Shown here one piece after another: positions 62,105 to 64,000 of a stretch of 64,000 bases of DNA. Below the pieces are notes generated by a model, which saw nothing but the letters and a program-made list of their open reading frames with translations, was not told the DNA's origin and ran no database searches. The DNA lies in the NCBI RefSeq assembly GCF_000150275.1, contig NW_002060975.1, forward strand, positions 351,502-415,501. Reading direction: 5' to 3'. The number at the start of each line of letters is the position of its first letter. Within the stretch, counting starts at the first letter, position 1. The position numbers and the translations under genes are program-made. This stretch comes from Trichoplax adhaerens (lineage: Eukaryota; Animalia; Placozoa).

Positions 62105-63450
62105 TACTTATTAATCTGTGCTTTTGACCGATATTGTTGGGTGTTAGCATTGTCATCTTGCTTAGCAGGTAAGTCTTTCAACCAGCTAAGGCCATCTTAA
62201 TCGATGTCATTTTAAATGCAAACCCTAACATTATTGCCATAATATAATCGTCCCTTTATCGCCATTAGACCTATAGTTGACATTTTGGGTTGTGAACTGA
62301 ATTTCTCTTATACTTGTTAATCTGTGTGTTTTATAGATATTGCTGGGTGTTATCCCTGGACAATATCCTGGATTATCCCTGCACGGTCATCATTTCTGGT
62401 GTTTACTAGCACTAGTCAATCGTTTCACACTTTGTACCATGTTGACTTTCATGCTGAAAAATAGTGATGAGTTAATAACTGGTTTGAAAATGGAATTGCT
62501 CAAGTACGGCCAAGTTTTGATTAAAATCATTACGTAATTTCATTATGTAGTCGCTTCAATTAATGTTACTCAAGATCTTTAATAAATCAATTGCTGTCAC
62601 TTATACAGTCCGTTTTCCTTATTACCTATCGTTCCAAATTTCGCCAACTTGCTAAAGTTCATAATCAATTATAAAGATAAACACGAGTACCTGCATATCT
62701 AGTTGTCATTTTCCATAGAATGTAGTTATTATTATGAAAGGTTTTGTAGAACTGTAGACAAATATCGGTTATATAACATATATATATAAGCATACAGTAT
62801 AAGCATGTTACAAAATTTTTGATAGCAGACTCTACCCTAAATTACAATGACTTGATGGACATTACTCAAGGTGTTAAAGTAGAATAAGTATTGCCAGTTT
62901 TAACTTATTACAGATCGTCAACTTCCCAAGGGATGACCAAAAACACAAGGAATTACAAAACTATAATTGACTAGTACAATAGACGAGTGGATATTTTGCA
63001 AGGACAAGATAGAGAAGCAAGAATGAGATACTCGATTTGATCACACAGTCTTGGGTGGGCTATGCGCGTTGCTGACGAAGATTGACCTAGAAGAAAATAC
63101 TGACTGACTAGCTTTACTGACATGGCAAGTTGTTCAATAAACTGAATTACAATCAAATGACTCATTATACTGTATATTATGACTATCATCCATGCCATTG
63201 CTATTCACTTTCATTACTCATTAGACAAATACTTAAAGTAAAGACTCATTGACATTTTAGGTTGTGAACTGAATTTCTCTTATACTTGTTAATCTGTGTG
63301 TTTTATAGATATTGCTGGGTGTTAGCATTCTCATCTACTTTAATGAATAGGTAAGTCCTTCAACAAGTGACAATAGTCTTAATTAATCGCCATCATTTTA
63401 AACGTAGAATGGGTTGGTAACCCTGACATTATTCCAATAATCGTCCCTCC
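62105..63450. repeat. Dispersed direct repeat, three related segments
   Basis: TGACATTTT.GGTTGTGAACTGAATTTCTCTTATACTTGTTAATCTGTGTGTTTTATAGATATTGCTGGGTGTTA at about 62278 and 63250; a more diverged copy at about 62105-62260 matches about 63283-63450. Confidence 0.8.
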
Positions 63451-64000
63451 ATCATAATTTGTAAGTTGCATCATTTGCTGGATGAACCACATCGTTGAAT
63501 AAACAGTCAACAAATACACCTACTTTATACTTTTTCTATCGACTGGGCATCAGTAAAGCTAGAGCATTGGACTGACTGGGCCTGTATAAATATCTATTTA
63601 AGCCAACACTTATATCATGTTCAAAATGAGGCAGCCTAATTTGTACAAAGCAGATCGTCATCGATAGCTACTAGACACTAGACAGTAGTAGACGATAGTT
63701 CTCATCTTGCTTAGACAGTATACGTCAGTTTGAAAACTTCAAAATACTTGCAATAGAAGGCGTAAGTAACTAGGATATCTACATATCATATCATTCATGC
63801 ATGAATCACTACCTTTAACAATCTATACAATAAAATGGACGATGGAATCATTGGTTATTTACTGTTGCTATTCAAAATCCAACCTTATTTCTTTCCTTTA
63901 GATAGTCGATGTAGCCTATAATATACAGTATATATTTCGCTCAAATAAAATATAAGAAATTTATATATAAGTATAAATATAAGAATCTTATATTTATTAA

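Overview
AT-rich, intron-dense eukaryotic DNA. The short introns, very many small exons and gene content point to an early-branching animal, most likely the placozoan Trichoplax (inference, not verified). Five spliced protein-coding genes were reconstructed by hand: SORL1/LR11 (minus strand, 5' part only, runs off the left edge), U2AF1/U2AF35 (minus, 12 exons), PSENEN/PEN-2 (plus, 3 exons, missed by the ORF track), a PDZ-RGS-C1-DH-PH RhoGEF of the ARHGEF11/12/RhoGEF2 family (plus, about 60 exons) and DDX3/PL10 (plus). There is also an intron-containing tRNA-Arg(UCU), several tandem repeats, a 50-N assembly gap and a repeat-rich right end. Four observations stand out. (1) U2AF1 and PSENEN are head-to-head, as human U2AF1L4 and PSENEN are. 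(2) PSENEN intron 1 is best explained as a non-canonical AT-AC intron without U12 signatures, competing with in-frame GT-AG sites. (3) U2AF1 introns hold candidate poison exons. (4) A palindromic ACTGT/ACAGT array with a shared CTGAG motif marks three promoter regions.
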